A stretch of DNA of 64,000 nucleotides from Nitrospirota bacterium. Its GTDB lineage: Bacteria > Nitrospirota > Thermodesulfovibrionia > Thermodesulfovibrionales > JdFR-86. Of the stretch, positions 42,556 through 51,677 are shown piece after piece. A program made the position numbers and the translations under genes. The notes under the pieces were generated by a model. That model did no database searches. It saw only the letters and a list, made by a program, of their open reading frames with translations, and was not told the DNA's origin. The DNA lies in NCBI GenBank assembly GCA_963721805.1, contig CAVRJY010000002.1, positions 224,001-288,000 on the forward strand, given 5' to 3'. Each line of letters starts with the position of its first letter. The stretch's first letter is position 1.

Positions 42556-44481
42556 CTACCATTTCTTTGAGAGCTTGACGTAGACGTCCGTGACATGTCC
42601 GTCGGCGAGATAGGGATTCTTCGCGTCTCTTACGAGGTTGTTGAAGTTCGAGTATGCGACCTCCAGCCCCGCGTTCCAGCCGTGGTAAAACTCGTACCCG
42701 ACCGTGGTCCTGTACGTCGTCTGCTCCGAGCCGACCTCGGAATAAGAGGTCAGCAGGCCGTCTTCCGGGAGATAGTGCGCGACCGAGACGGTATAATTGA
42801 CGCTCCCGGTAATGTTGAGCTTCTTTATCGGCATGTAGGTGACTGAGCCGAAGTATGAGTTGGCCTGGTCGGTGTAGCGCACGTTGTCGTCGTAGATGAG
42901 GGTGGCAGGAGTTGTCGACGAGCCGTATACCATGTCCTGGCGCACGCGGTTAGTAAACAGCGCATACCCGCCCGAGAGCGCGACCTTCTCGGTGACCGGC
43001 ATGCTCAGGCTGCAAGTAAGCTGCTGGCGCTGCAGGAGGCGGTTGTCGGCCTCGGCCGTCGAGGCTTCGAAATTCAGGTTGTCGCGCACCCCGCGCGAAT
43101 TGAGGTAGCTGACGCTGCCGGACAGCCAGCCAAGGGGGCTCCAGGTGATCGACGCGGTCCCCTGGTCGGCATGGTCCGAGTCGGTGTTGTAGGCCGGGTT
43201 GTCCATGTCCGTGTGGGTGTACGCGGCCTTCCAGTTCAGGTGCCAGGGCAGCCTGCCGGAGGCCGCCAGGGTCTCGGAGCCTTTGGTGGTCTGCGAGGGC
43301 AGGTCCCAGTGCCAGGAGTCCGTGCGCTGTGTGGCCTTTAGATTGTAATCGGCGCTGAACGTGACCCACCTGCTTGCGTTCCAGCGCGCTATGGCCGAGT
43401 ACTCGTCCGATGACGTGCTCATCGAGTCCTTTATGCCGGTGATCGGTGAGGTGTATGCTGCGTATCCGAGGTAACCGGACCTGAGTGTGTTTGGGTTGTC
43501 GACGTCGGTGTCGAGGTGGTGGTAATTTAGGGCGAACGAGAGGTAATCGATCGGCCTGACGAAGACCGAGGCCCCGCCCTCGAGGATCTGCTCCTGGGCC
43601 CCGCTGGATTCGTTGTAGCGCTCGGTCTGCGCGATGCTACCCGAGACCGTGACCGCTCCGGTGTACGACGAATGCATCCTGAGCGTGTCGGTGTGGCCTG
43701 TGAGGTCCGGGACGAGGTTGTGCGGGTAGAAGCCTGCCGTACGTGTTGAGCTCGCGTCGTAGTACTCGGTCATCACCCTCTGGCCGCCCGATAAGAACCA
43801 CTTGTCCTCGTGCGAGAACTCAAGCTCCACGGGGCCCAGGTGCACGTTCGAGCCGTAGTCTATGATGTTCGTATGCCAGTCGATGCGCCTTGCCTCCGAG
43901 GCCCTCGTGATATCCGGATAAGAGCCGCTGCGGAAGAGCTGCTGCACCTCGCCGTACTTGTTCACGAACATCCCGTTAAAGAACAGGTGAAACGGGTACC
44001 CGAACGGCTTGAGCCTCAAAGATACGGTATCGAGCGTGAAGTCCACGCCGTACCGCCTGCCCCCGTCCCGCACGTCCACGCCCGGGGAGGTGGTGGATGG
44101 GTCGAGGTCGATCAGTTCGATCCTGCCGAGGTTATGGTGCAGCGAGCGCTTTATCCACCTCAGCAGGAGGATGTCCCCGTATGCATAGCTCAGGTCGCCG
44201 AAATAATCACGCGGCCCCGTGACGTCGAACTCGAAATGCAGCCTCTGCGGGAACGGGAAGAGCAGTATGTTGCCCGAGGCGATGGCCGAAGAGCGCAAGT
44301 CCTCGTACTCAGCGGCCGATGAGGGGTGCGAAGAGGGCGCGACGCTCCGGTAGCCCGTGCCGAGGAAGATATCCGGCTCGATCTCAGGGTAGGTGTAGAC
44401 AGGGGTCTCGTCGGCCGATGCGATCCCGCAGAAGATCAGGACCAAGATTGAAAACGGCGACCAGAGCCACACGCGCCTCAT
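42556..44481 (-). CDS. MtrB/PioB-like outer-membrane beta-barrel porin
   Basis: Signal peptide, aromatic-rich alternating strands, C-terminal Trp. Start overlaps the stop of the decaheme cytochrome gene. Confidence 0.8.
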   Translation of the reverse strand: MRRVWLWSPFSILVLIFCGIASADETPVYTYPEIEPDIFLGTGYRSVAPSSHPSSAAEYEDLRSSAIASGNILLFPFPQRLHFEFDVTGPRDYFGDLSYAYGDILLLRWIKRSLHHNLGRIELIDLDPSTTSPGVDVRDGGRRYGVDFTLDTVSLRLKPFGYPFHLFFNGMFVNKYGEVQQLFRSGSYPDITRASEARRIDWHTNIIDYGSNVHLGPVELEFSHEDKWFLSGGQRVMTEYYDASSTRTAGFYPHNLVPDLTGHTDTLRMHSSYTGAVTVSGSIAQTERYNESSGAQEQILEGGASVFVRPIDYLSFALNYHHLDTDVDNPNTLRSGYLGYAAYTSPITGIKDSMSTSSDEYSAIARWNASRWVTFSADYNLKATQRTDSWHWDLPSQTTKGSETLAASGRLPWHLNWKAAYTHTDMDNPAYNTDSDHADQGTASITWSPLGWLSGSVSYLNSRGVRDNLNFEASTAEADNRLLQRQQLTCSLSMPVTEKVALSGGYALFTNRVRQDMVYGSSTTPATLIYDDNVRYTDQANSYFGSVTYMPIKKLNITGSVNYTVSVAHYLPEDGLLTSYSEVGSEQTTYRTTVGYEFYHGWNAGLEVAYSNFNNLVRDAKNPYLADGHVTDVYVKLSKKW

Positions 44482-45485
44482 TGGGTGAACCTTCCCTTGC
44501 CGCTTCGGGACGGGACGTCGGTGCCGTGGATCTGCGAATGGCAGTCCGTGCACCTCGTGTAGAACGTGGCCTTCGTCTCCCGGCTGCCGTTCGCCCCGGT
44601 TATATCATGGCCGGTGTGGCACTGCAGGCACAGAAACGGCTGGCTTACGGTGAGGAGGTCCTCGTTGACCGAGCCGTGCGGCTTGTGGCAGGCCGTGCAG
44701 TCCTCGGTGAGGTCGGCGTGCTCGAACGCGAACGGGCCCTCTTTCTCGGCGTGGCATCTGGTGCAGGTGGACTTCACCGTGGCGTTTCTAAGCAGCTTGT
44801 CCGTTACCGTGCCGTGGGGGTTGTGGCAGTCGGTGCAGAAGACCTTGCGCTCGAGGATCGGGTGGTGGCTCGGGAGCGAGAACTCCGCGAGCACGTCCTC
44901 GTGGCATTTGGTGCACATGTTGTAAGTCTCGCGCGGCCTGACGATCAGGTCGGCCCCGGCGTGTATCTGGTGGCAGTCCGAGCAGCTCACGTCGTTCTGC
45001 GCGTGTTCCCCGGCGTTCCACGAATGGAGGTTGAACGTCGCGTTGGCGGTGTGGCACTTCAGACATACGAGGGAGCGCGCTCGGGCCGGGAGCGTCTTGA
45101 AGTCTATCAGGGTCTTGAAATTGCACTCGGTGCGTTTGCCGTTCTTGAGGTCCTCGGCGACCTTCTCGGGCGTGAGGCCCTCGATGGCCAGGCTCCCGGG
45201 GCCGTGGCAGCTCTCGCAGTCCACGATCGGCAGGCCGGCGGTGCGCGACATCTGGGCCCCCATCGTGCTGCCCTCGAAGGCCTTCCTTATGCGGTCGTGC
45301 TCGTGGCAGGCCGCGAGGCAGGCGTTGGTGCCGACGTAATCCGCGTCGAACCGGCCGAGGATCATGAGCTCATAGTCCTTTTGGGCCCAGATGGGAGGGG
45401 ACGACCGCAAGGTCTCGCAACCGGCCAGGAAGAGCGCGAGGCAGGTGAGCAACAAAATGATCCGCCGCCGTGTGAGTTGCGCCAT
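44478..45485 (-). CDS. DmsE/MtrA-like decaheme c-type cytochrome lipoprotein
   Basis: Lipobox LFLAGC, nine CxxCH plus one CxxxCH (CLAACH), CHNPHG, GPFAFEH, CHSQIHG. Confidence 0.92.
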   Translation of the reverse strand: MAQLTRRRIILLLTCLALFLAGCETLRSSPPIWAQKDYELMILGRFDADYVGTNACLAACHEHDRIRKAFEGSTMGAQMSRTAGLPIVDCESCHGPGSLAIEGLTPEKVAEDLKNGKRTECNFKTLIDFKTLPARARSLVCLKCHTANATFNLHSWNAGEHAQNDVSCSDCHQIHAGADLIVRPRETYNMCTKCHEDVLAEFSLPSHHPILERKVFCTDCHNPHGTVTDKLLRNATVKSTCTRCHAEKEGPFAFEHADLTEDCTACHKPHGSVNEDLLTVSQPFLCLQCHTGHDITGANGSRETKATFYTRCTDCHSQIHGTDVPSRSGKGRFTQ

Positions 45486-45543
45486 TTCGACCCCCGGAGT
45501 TACTTAGTCCGTTAATTATACATAAATGAGGGCTGGACGGGGC

Positions 45544-45579
45544 AAAAAAAACCGGGGCGGCATTTCCTGCCGCCCCGGT
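45544..45579 (-). terminator. Intrinsic terminator of the cold-shock gene
   Basis: ACCGGGGCGGCA-ggaaa-TGCCGCCCCGG followed by a T-run. Confidence 0.88.
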
Positions 45580-45608
45580 GTTATCGGCCTCCTGAGCCGA
45601 ACGTTTGG

Positions 45609-45809
45609 TTATCTCTTGGTGACGTTGATCGCCCTCGGGCCCTTCGGGCCCTGTTCGACCTCGAAGCTGACGGCGTCGCCCTCTGCAAGGGTCTTGAAAC
45701 CGTCGGACATGATTGCTGAAAAATGCACGAACACCTCGGCCCCGTCATCTGACTTGATGAAACCGAACCCCTTCGTCTCGTTGAACCACTTCACTGTTCC
45801 GTTAGGCAT
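45609..45809 (-). CDS. Cold-shock protein
   Basis: GTVKWFN, KGFGFI (RNP1), VFVHFS (RNP2). Confidence 0.97.
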   Translation of the reverse strand: MPNGTVKWFNETKGFGFIKSDDGAEVFVHFSAIMSDGFKTLAEGDAVSFEVEQGPKGPRAINVTKR

Positions 45810-46139
45810 CTGCGTACTCTCTCCTTAAAAATAAATAGCGATACATGCTTCAAAAGCACATCCATACCATGTCACACACCAAGACCAAATGTCAACCATT
45901 TATTTTAGCGCTCAGACGCGGCCTGCAACGCCCACCCTCGGGCAACCTGGCCGATGAATGCATGATGGGGTATCGCTCCGGCCGGATGCGCGTTACGGCA
46001 TACTTTTTGCGCGCCCGTATCCAGCCAGCCCAACCGGATGTCAAAAATCCACCGGCAAAAACACGGCACATCATGCCCCAAACCGTCAGGAGTGCGCATC
46101 ATCAGGTCGAAAGCAGCTGATATTTAATGGAATATTCTC

Positions 46140-46155
46140 TGGCACAGGGATTGCT
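46140..46155 (+). promoter_or_regulatory. Sigma54 (-24/-12) promoter
   Basis: TGGCAC-AGGGA-TTGCT, an exact consensus match, 35 nt upstream of the ATG at 46191. Confidence 0.8.
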
Positions 46156-46190
46156 TTAATCTGTACAAAATCTTCTCCCGGAGGGTAAGG

Positions 46191-47279
46191 ATGGAGAGCT
46201 TGGCGGAAGTGACCGGAGCGATGGCGGCCAATGCGGCCTGTGTAATGGATGAGGAGACGGAGCTTGAATCCGCCGGTATGCCGACGTACATGCTGGAGGC
46301 CGTCTGGTGGGATTATATAGAACGCGCGACCGACAGGTTCCTGGCGGCCCTCAAGGGCATATATAATGAGCACTCACGCACCGGATCGCTCGGCGAAGAC
46401 GTCTATGCCGCACTGAGCGCCAGCCTCGTGGAGTTCGAGATCAGCGCCAGGATGTTCGAGCGCTCGGGCGTCAGCGAGGAAATCATCGGGCTCGCGCGCA
46501 AGCGCTACCATGAGAGGACCCGCGAGGCATTTGGCGGGAGCTATTTCGTAAACCGCACGCGCACCTGGCCTCGCGGCTACCACGGCGACTACCTGACCAT
46601 AGAGGGGATGTACAGAAACACCCCGCTCTCTGAGGGCATGGGCATGCTGATAGACCGGTACTTCCTCGAGACGAGGCTCCCGGTGGCTGTGCGCGGCAGG
46701 ATGTCCACGCTTCGGGACATGCTCGCTGAGGAGCTTGCGAAGGGCGCGCCGTTGAGCATCCTGGACATAGCCTCAGGGCCGTGCCGCGAGCTCGCGGAGC
46801 TGGCAGCGCCCATCACGGCCTCCGGCTCGCGCGTCACCTGCCTCGACATCGACGACGAGGCGCTCGGGTTTGCGCATAGCAGGCTCTCGGCGCTCGGGCT
46901 GGGCGAGGAGCACGTGACACTCAAGAAACACAACGCCGTGAAGCTCGTAAACGTCGAGCGCAGCCTGCGCGAGTTCGGGCCTCAGGACTTCATCTACAGC
47001 CTCGGGCTTTTTGACTACCTCTCGGACCGCACCATCTCAACCATGCTGCGCTCCCTGCACGCCATGCTGAAGCCGGGCGGAAGGCTCGTAGTCGCGTTCC
47101 CGGACATAGAGCGCTACAGCACGATCGAGTTCAACTGGTTCATAGACTGGCAGATCCTCCACCGCACGCGCAACGAAAGCAGGAGGATCATCGCCGAGGC
47201 CGGGATACCGGACGGACTGGTTGCCGAGACGCGCGAGCCCTCGGGCGTGATCGTCCTCTATACGATAACGAAGGAGTGA
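46191..47279 (+). CDS. PhcB-like SAM-dependent methyltransferase
   Basis: WPRGYHGDY, AVRGR, ILDIASGPCRE, FIYSLGLFDYL, LKPGG, W.ILHRT. Confidence 0.75.
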   Translation: MESLAEVTGAMAANAACVMDEETELESAGMPTYMLEAVWWDYIERATDRFLAALKGIYNEHSRTGSLGEDVYAALSASLVEFEISARMFERSGVSEEIIGLARKRYHERTREAFGGSYFVNRTRTWPRGYHGDYLTIEGMYRNTPLSEGMGMLIDRYFLETRLPVAVRGRMSTLRDMLAEELAKGAPLSILDIASGPCRELAELAAPITASGSRVTCLDIDDEALGFAHSRLSALGLGEEHVTLKKHNAVKLVNVERSLREFGPQDFIYSLGLFDYLSDRTISTMLRSLHAMLKPGGRLVVAFPDIERYSTIEFNWFIDWQILHRTRNESRRIIAEAGIPDGLVAETREPSGVIVLYTITKE

Positions 47280-47317
47280 ACCGGATTTTGAGATAGGTTC
47301 TGGTTTATAATTCCATT

Positions 47318-49072
47318 GTGAACCAGTGGGAGGAGGGAGATCGCAGGGCGTACATCGAGGACCAGCTGCTCGGCCTCACGCGCTACTGGTTCGACGTTAT
47401 CCTGCTGGTTGGGGCCGCGCTGTACCTGATATTCGCCGTGGTCGATTACTTCGCGGCCCGCGCCCAGTTCAACGAGTTCCTGAAGCTCCGCCTGATCGTA
47501 TCGTCCTCGCTCCTGCTGATGTTCTACCTCAACCGGACTACAAAGGGCGCGCTGCTGCGCGGCCCGCTGAGATACCCGCTGATATTCGTCCCCCCGGTGA
47601 TCGCCTCGCTCGGCATAGAGCTGATGGTCTTGAGGCTCGGCGGCCATGCGTCGCATTATTACGCCGGGCTCTCCCTCGTGGTGATAAGCGTGATCGGGTT
47701 CATACCGATGGGGGTCCTGCCCTCGGCCGCGTGCGCGCTGATCGTATACCTTATATACCTCGTGCCGATCCTGGAGTTCGACCTGATAACGAATATGCCG
47801 ATCTTCCTGAGCAACAACGCGTTTTTGATCGCGACATGCATACTGGCGCTCTCGTTTCGTGCGCTCAACCAGCACAACCTCAGGCGGACGCTCGAACTCC
47901 AGTTCGAGCTCGACAGCGACAAAAAGACGCTCGAGCAGTACTCGGGCGGCCTCGAACGCCTTGTAAACGAGCGCACGCGCGAGCTGAACCGCTCGGAGCT
48001 CCTGTACCGCTCGCTCTTTGAGTATGCAAACGACGGCATCATCACGATGGGCCCCGACGGCGGGATCCTGAACGTAAACCGCAAGGGCTGCGAGATGTAC
48101 GGGTATGAAAAGTCCGAGCTCGTCGGGCGGGGCATCGGCATGCTCGAGCCGGATACCGAGCCTTCGACCCTGGCCGGGCGGCTGCGCGCGGTGGCCGAGG
48201 GCGGATCGTTGCTCTACGAGGCGCGCCATGCGAGGAAAGACGGCACGAGAATAGACGTCGAGATCAGCGCCCGCGCGGTGAGCGTCGAAGACAGGCTGCT
48301 CATACAGGCGTTCGTCCGCGACGTGACCGAGAAAAAACGGCTCCAAAGCCAGCTCATGCACGCCCAGAAATTAGACTCCATAGGCAAGCTCGCCGGGGGC
48401 ATATCGCACGACTTCAACAACGTGCTCACCTCCATCCTCGGCTCTTGCGAGATGATACTTGGCGAGGAGTCGCTGGATGAATACTCGCTAGGCGCTGCGC
48501 GCAACATCGAGGGCGCGGCCCGAAGCGGAGTCACGATGGTCTCGAAGCTCCTGGACTTCGCGCGGCGCGGCGGGTCGCACGAGCGCGTCCCGTTCGATCT
48601 AAACGTCGTGGTCGAGGACACGCTGCGCATCGCCGCGGGGCTTATCAAGAAAGACACTGTCAGGCTGCGCACGGAGATCGTTCCGGGCCTGCCGCCGGTC
48701 GAGGGCGACCCCGGGCAGATCGAGCAGGTCCTGATGAACCTCATCGTAAACGCGATAGACGCCAAGCCCGGCGAGATCCGCATATCGACCGGCGCGGTGG
48801 AGATGAGCCCCGAGGCGCTCGGCGTGGGCGCATCCGGCGAGCCCGGCATGTTCGTGGCGCTTACGGTTGCGGATAACGGCGAGGGCATATCGGCCGAGCA
48901 CATGGAGCATATCTTCGAGCCGTTTTACAGCACCAAGAACAAGGGCAACGGCACCGGGCTCGGGCTCGCGATGGCCTACGGGATAATCAAGGAGCACGGC
49001 GGGTACATCAAGGCCGAGAGCGACGGCCGCACGGGCACAGCCTTCCGCATATACCTACCCGCGCGGGTTTAG
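47318..49072 (+). CDS. Multi-TM PAS sensor histidine kinase
   Basis: About 6 TM helices (SHYYAGL), PAS (RKDG), GISHDFNN H-box, NLIVNA, DNGEGI, GTGLGL. Confidence 0.93.
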   Translation: MNQWEEGDRRAYIEDQLLGLTRYWFDVILLVGAALYLIFAVVDYFAARAQFNEFLKLRLIVSSSLLLMFYLNRTTKGALLRGPLRYPLIFVPPVIASLGIELMVLRLGGHASHYYAGLSLVVISVIGFIPMGVLPSAACALIVYLIYLVPILEFDLITNMPIFLSNNAFLIATCILALSFRALNQHNLRRTLELQFELDSDKKTLEQYSGGLERLVNERTRELNRSELLYRSLFEYANDGIITMGPDGGILNVNRKGCEMYGYEKSELVGRGIGMLEPDTEPSTLAGRLRAVAEGGSLLYEARHARKDGTRIDVEISARAVSVEDRLLIQAFVRDVTEKKRLQSQLMHAQKLDSIGKLAGGISHDFNNVLTSILGSCEMILGEESLDEYSLGAARNIEGAARSGVTMVSKLLDFARRGGSHERVPFDLNVVVEDTLRIAAGLIKKDTVRLRTEIVPGLPPVEGDPGQIEQVLMNLIVNAIDAKPGEIRISTGAVEMSPEALGVGASGEPGMFVALTVADNGEGISAEHMEHIFEPFYSTKNKGNGTGLGLAMAYGIIKEHGGYIKAESDGRTGTAFRIYLPARV

Positions 49073-50149
49073 CGAGGGCTCGTCGCTGAGGCTCCGGTAG
49101 ACCTCGGCGATCTCGGCCTCGCTGCGGCCGAAGGCCTCGAGCACGGCAGGGTCGAAGTGCGAGGGCAGGGTCTTGCCGTCGCCCCTTGTGATGATCTTGA
49201 CCGCCTCGCGGTGGGTGAAGGCGGGCTTATAGGGCCGCTTGCTCACGAGCGCGTCGTACTGGTCGCAGATCTTCACTATCCGGCCCTCAAGCGGGATCCC
49301 CTCGCCGCGCAGCCCGCCGGGATACCCAGAGCCGTCCCAGCATTCGTGGTGGTTAAGCGCTATCGAGGCCGCGACCATCAGCTTCGGGTGCGAAGAGTTC
49401 GACAGTATGCGCTCGCCGATGATCGTATGGCTCTTGATGACCTCGAACTGCTCGGCCGTGAGTATGCCCTCTTTCAGGAGCACGCTGTCGGCTATCGCGA
49501 TCTTGCCTATGTCGTGCATAGGGCTCGCGAAGGCGATAGTCTCGGTGAAGTCCTCCGGCATGCCGAGGGCGGAGGATATGACGCGCGTGTAGTGGCCGAT
49601 GCGGACGATGTGCGAGCCGGTGTCCGCGTCGCGGTGCTCGGCCACCGCAGTAAGGCGCTGCACGACCTCGTCGCTCAGGCTGTTGACCATCGACATGGCG
49701 TCGGCCAGCTCGGAGGTGCGCTGCCGTACGGTGCGCTCGAGCATGGCCTTGTAGTCGCGCTCGACCTCTATTAGCCGCTTGTACCTGACGGCCTTTCTGA
49801 TCGAGTGCAGGAGGTGCACGGTGCGGTAGGGCTTGAGGATGAAATCGAACGCGCCGTTTTTGATCGCGTCCAGCGCGAGGTCCAGGTCCGCAAAAGCGGT
49901 CATCAGGAGCACCGGGATGTTGGGGTCGGAGGCGCGCATACGCTCGAGCAGCATCAACCCGTTGATCTGCGGCATCTTGATGTCCGAGAGTACCGCGTCA
50001 TACGCGCCGAGCTTAAAGCGCTCGATGGCTTCGGCCGCATCGCCGCAGGGCGTCACGTTGAAGCCGTACTTTGTCAGCAGCGACGCGATGGAAGACAGGA
50101 TGAACCGGTCGTCATCGACCACCAGCACCGCGCCGGTCTCTTCTGACAT
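49055..50149 (-). CDS. Response regulator with HD-GYP domain (RpfG-like)
   Basis: VVDDD, SDIKMP, KPY, then HDIGK, HHECWDGSGYP, RPYK. Confidence 0.93.
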   Translation of the reverse strand: MSEETGAVLVVDDDRFILSSIASLLTKYGFNVTPCGDAAEAIERFKLGAYDAVLSDIKMPQINGLMLLERMRASDPNIPVLLMTAFADLDLALDAIKNGAFDFILKPYRTVHLLHSIRKAVRYKRLIEVERDYKAMLERTVRQRTSELADAMSMVNSLSDEVVQRLTAVAEHRDADTGSHIVRIGHYTRVISSALGMPEDFTETIAFASPMHDIGKIAIADSVLLKEGILTAEQFEVIKSHTIIGERILSNSSHPKLMVAASIALNHHECWDGSGYPGGLRGEGIPLEGRIVKICDQYDALVSKRPYKPAFTHREAVKIITRGDGKTLPSHFDPAVLEAFGRSEAEIAEVYRSLSDEPSLNPRG

Positions 50150-50304
50150 CGAACCCCCCTTCCAGCAATGAACTCGCGTCCAACCTTATAGTTAAATATT
50201 ATATTTCAAGGGATATATGCTTGTAAACATATAATTATTACTTTAGGCGGCGCCACGTGCACCTTTTTTCCGGGTCGACTCCATGCCTCCGGCCCCATGC
50301 GAAT

Positions 50305-50338
50305 AAAAAAAGGACTCGCCGCGAGGCGAGTCCTTTTA
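50305..50338 (-). terminator. Terminator downstream of tRNA-Val
   Basis: AAAAGGACTCGCC-gcga-GGCGAGTCCTTTT hairpin with a T-run on the minus strand. Confidence 0.85.
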
Positions 50339-50345
50339 ATCTCCA

Positions 50346-50420
50346 TGGTGGGCGATGAGGGGCTTGAACCCACGACCCCTGCCGTGTGAAGGCAGTGCTC
50401 TCCCACTGAGCTAATCGCCC
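50346..50420 (-). tRNA. tRNA-Val (CAC)
   Basis: GGGCGAT/ATCGCCC acceptor stem, CTGCC-TTCACAC-GGCAG anticodon arm, TTCAAG T-loop, encoded CCA. One U-U mismatch in the T-stem. Confidence 0.95.
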
Positions 50421-50562
50421 GGCATGCTAACGCGTTGAATTTTATACCAGTTGGCCCGCCGTGTGCAAGCGGCTGAGGACGATGTTATTTGGGCGTGGAA
50501 CTATACGGCAGTTACCGCCACCTTGCACCGGGCCATCGTCATAGGGCGGCCTGGTGTTGAGA

Positions 50563-51150
50563 CTACGCCGCACGCCTCCTGAGCAGATACCCGCCCGCGA
50601 ATATCAGAGAGACAAAGGTAATCAAGAGCCATGCGGGATTGTAGCCGACTGCTGAAGGTGCTGCGGGAGCCGCTTCGTACTCAATGATGTATGCGCCATA
50701 CCCGTTATATGACGCGATGTTTGTCTCCCAAATATTCCCGTATCCCGGTCCCTTCATATCGACGCCGTATTTGCCGGTACCCGGCTGTCCTGAACCCCAG
50801 GGCGAGGGCGACCAGCCCGTGACGTCAACAGTACCTTCGCCGTTGATCCATGATACCGAGTTGTCACCGGCCTGCGTGGCGCCGATCCATGCTATTCCCC
50901 ACGACCACCCGAGCCCGGAGAATACGCTCTTCACAGTGTTGTATTCCGCTTCGGTGGTTATCGTTACGAGGTGTCCGGGCTGGCCGCTGTAAGTCTTTGT
51001 CAGGGCATCCGCGTTCGCCTGATCCCATGTGCCAGTATAAAGAATCCCATCGTAGTAATGGCCGTTATACAAGATCGGAGAGGCCTCGGCAATTGAAACG
51101 ATCATCAGCAGCGCCAGGCACAACACTATGGTTATCAGCTTGCGGTTCAT
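50563..51150 (-). CDS. Secreted C-type lectin-like protein with a C-terminal sorting-signal-like anchor
   Basis: Signal peptide, YNGHYY, TWDQA, GHLVTITTEAE, AWIGA, YIIEY. C-terminal TM followed by RRR. Confidence 0.78.
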   Translation of the reverse strand: MNRKLITIVLCLALLMIVSIAEASPILYNGHYYDGILYTGTWDQANADALTKTYSGQPGHLVTITTEAEYNTVKSVFSGLGWSWGIAWIGATQAGDNSVSWINGEGTVDVTGWSPSPWGSGQPGTGKYGVDMKGPGYGNIWETNIASYNGYGAYIIEYEAAPAAPSAVGYNPAWLLITFVSLIFAGGYLLRRRAA

Positions 51151-51334
51151 TGATCCCCCCGAACATTAATATTTCAATGATCGGATAACTTTATAATAAA
51201 TATATATAAATGTCAATTAAAATGTCTCTTGGCGAGGTCTCCTGGCCGGCCGCGCTAGGGGATTTGCTGAAGTGGTGGTAAAATGAAAATATCACCACAA
51301 GCGCCGATGGATGGCGCAGAAGGAGGCCGGCACG

Positions 51335-51604
51335 ATGAGGAAGGCAGTTTTAGCGGTATCGTTGATCGTTGCAATGGCGGGCGGAGTGAGCGTATTCGCC
51401 GCCGGATCGGGCACGACTTCCGGCACGACGACGGGGACTACGACGGGGACTACGTCGGGCTCCGACACGGGCACGCCTCCTCCCGATAATCCGATGCCTT
51501 GGAATATGCCTGACCAATACAGAAATCCCGCGCATCCGGTCGAAGGCGGCTCGGACATCAACTCTCCCATCCCGATAGAGAACGCGCCCGTAATCAACCC
51601 GTAG
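51335..51604 (+). CDS. Small secreted Gly/Thr/Pro-rich protein
   Basis: SD AAGGAGG, signal peptide, GTTS/GTTT x4 encoded by 12-nt tandem units near 51410-51457. Confidence 0.7.
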   Translation: MRKAVLAVSLIVAMAGGVSVFAAGSGTTSGTTTGTTTGTTSGSDTGTPPPDNPMPWNMPDQYRNPAHPVEGGSDINSPIPIENAPVINP

Positions 51605-51677
51605 ACGAATTATTAAGGGCTGAGGGCCGCATCAACGCGGGTATCGCCCTGCGCTCATCTGTTATTATCTCAGTATC

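Noticed and set aside
42556..45485. Selenocysteine recoding in the porin-cytochrome pair
   Set aside because: No in-frame TGA within either reading frame. The cytochrome TGA comes after its expected C-terminus.
50346..51604. Integrative element at tRNA-Val
   Set aside because: No integrase, and no duplicated tRNA 3' end seen in the window.
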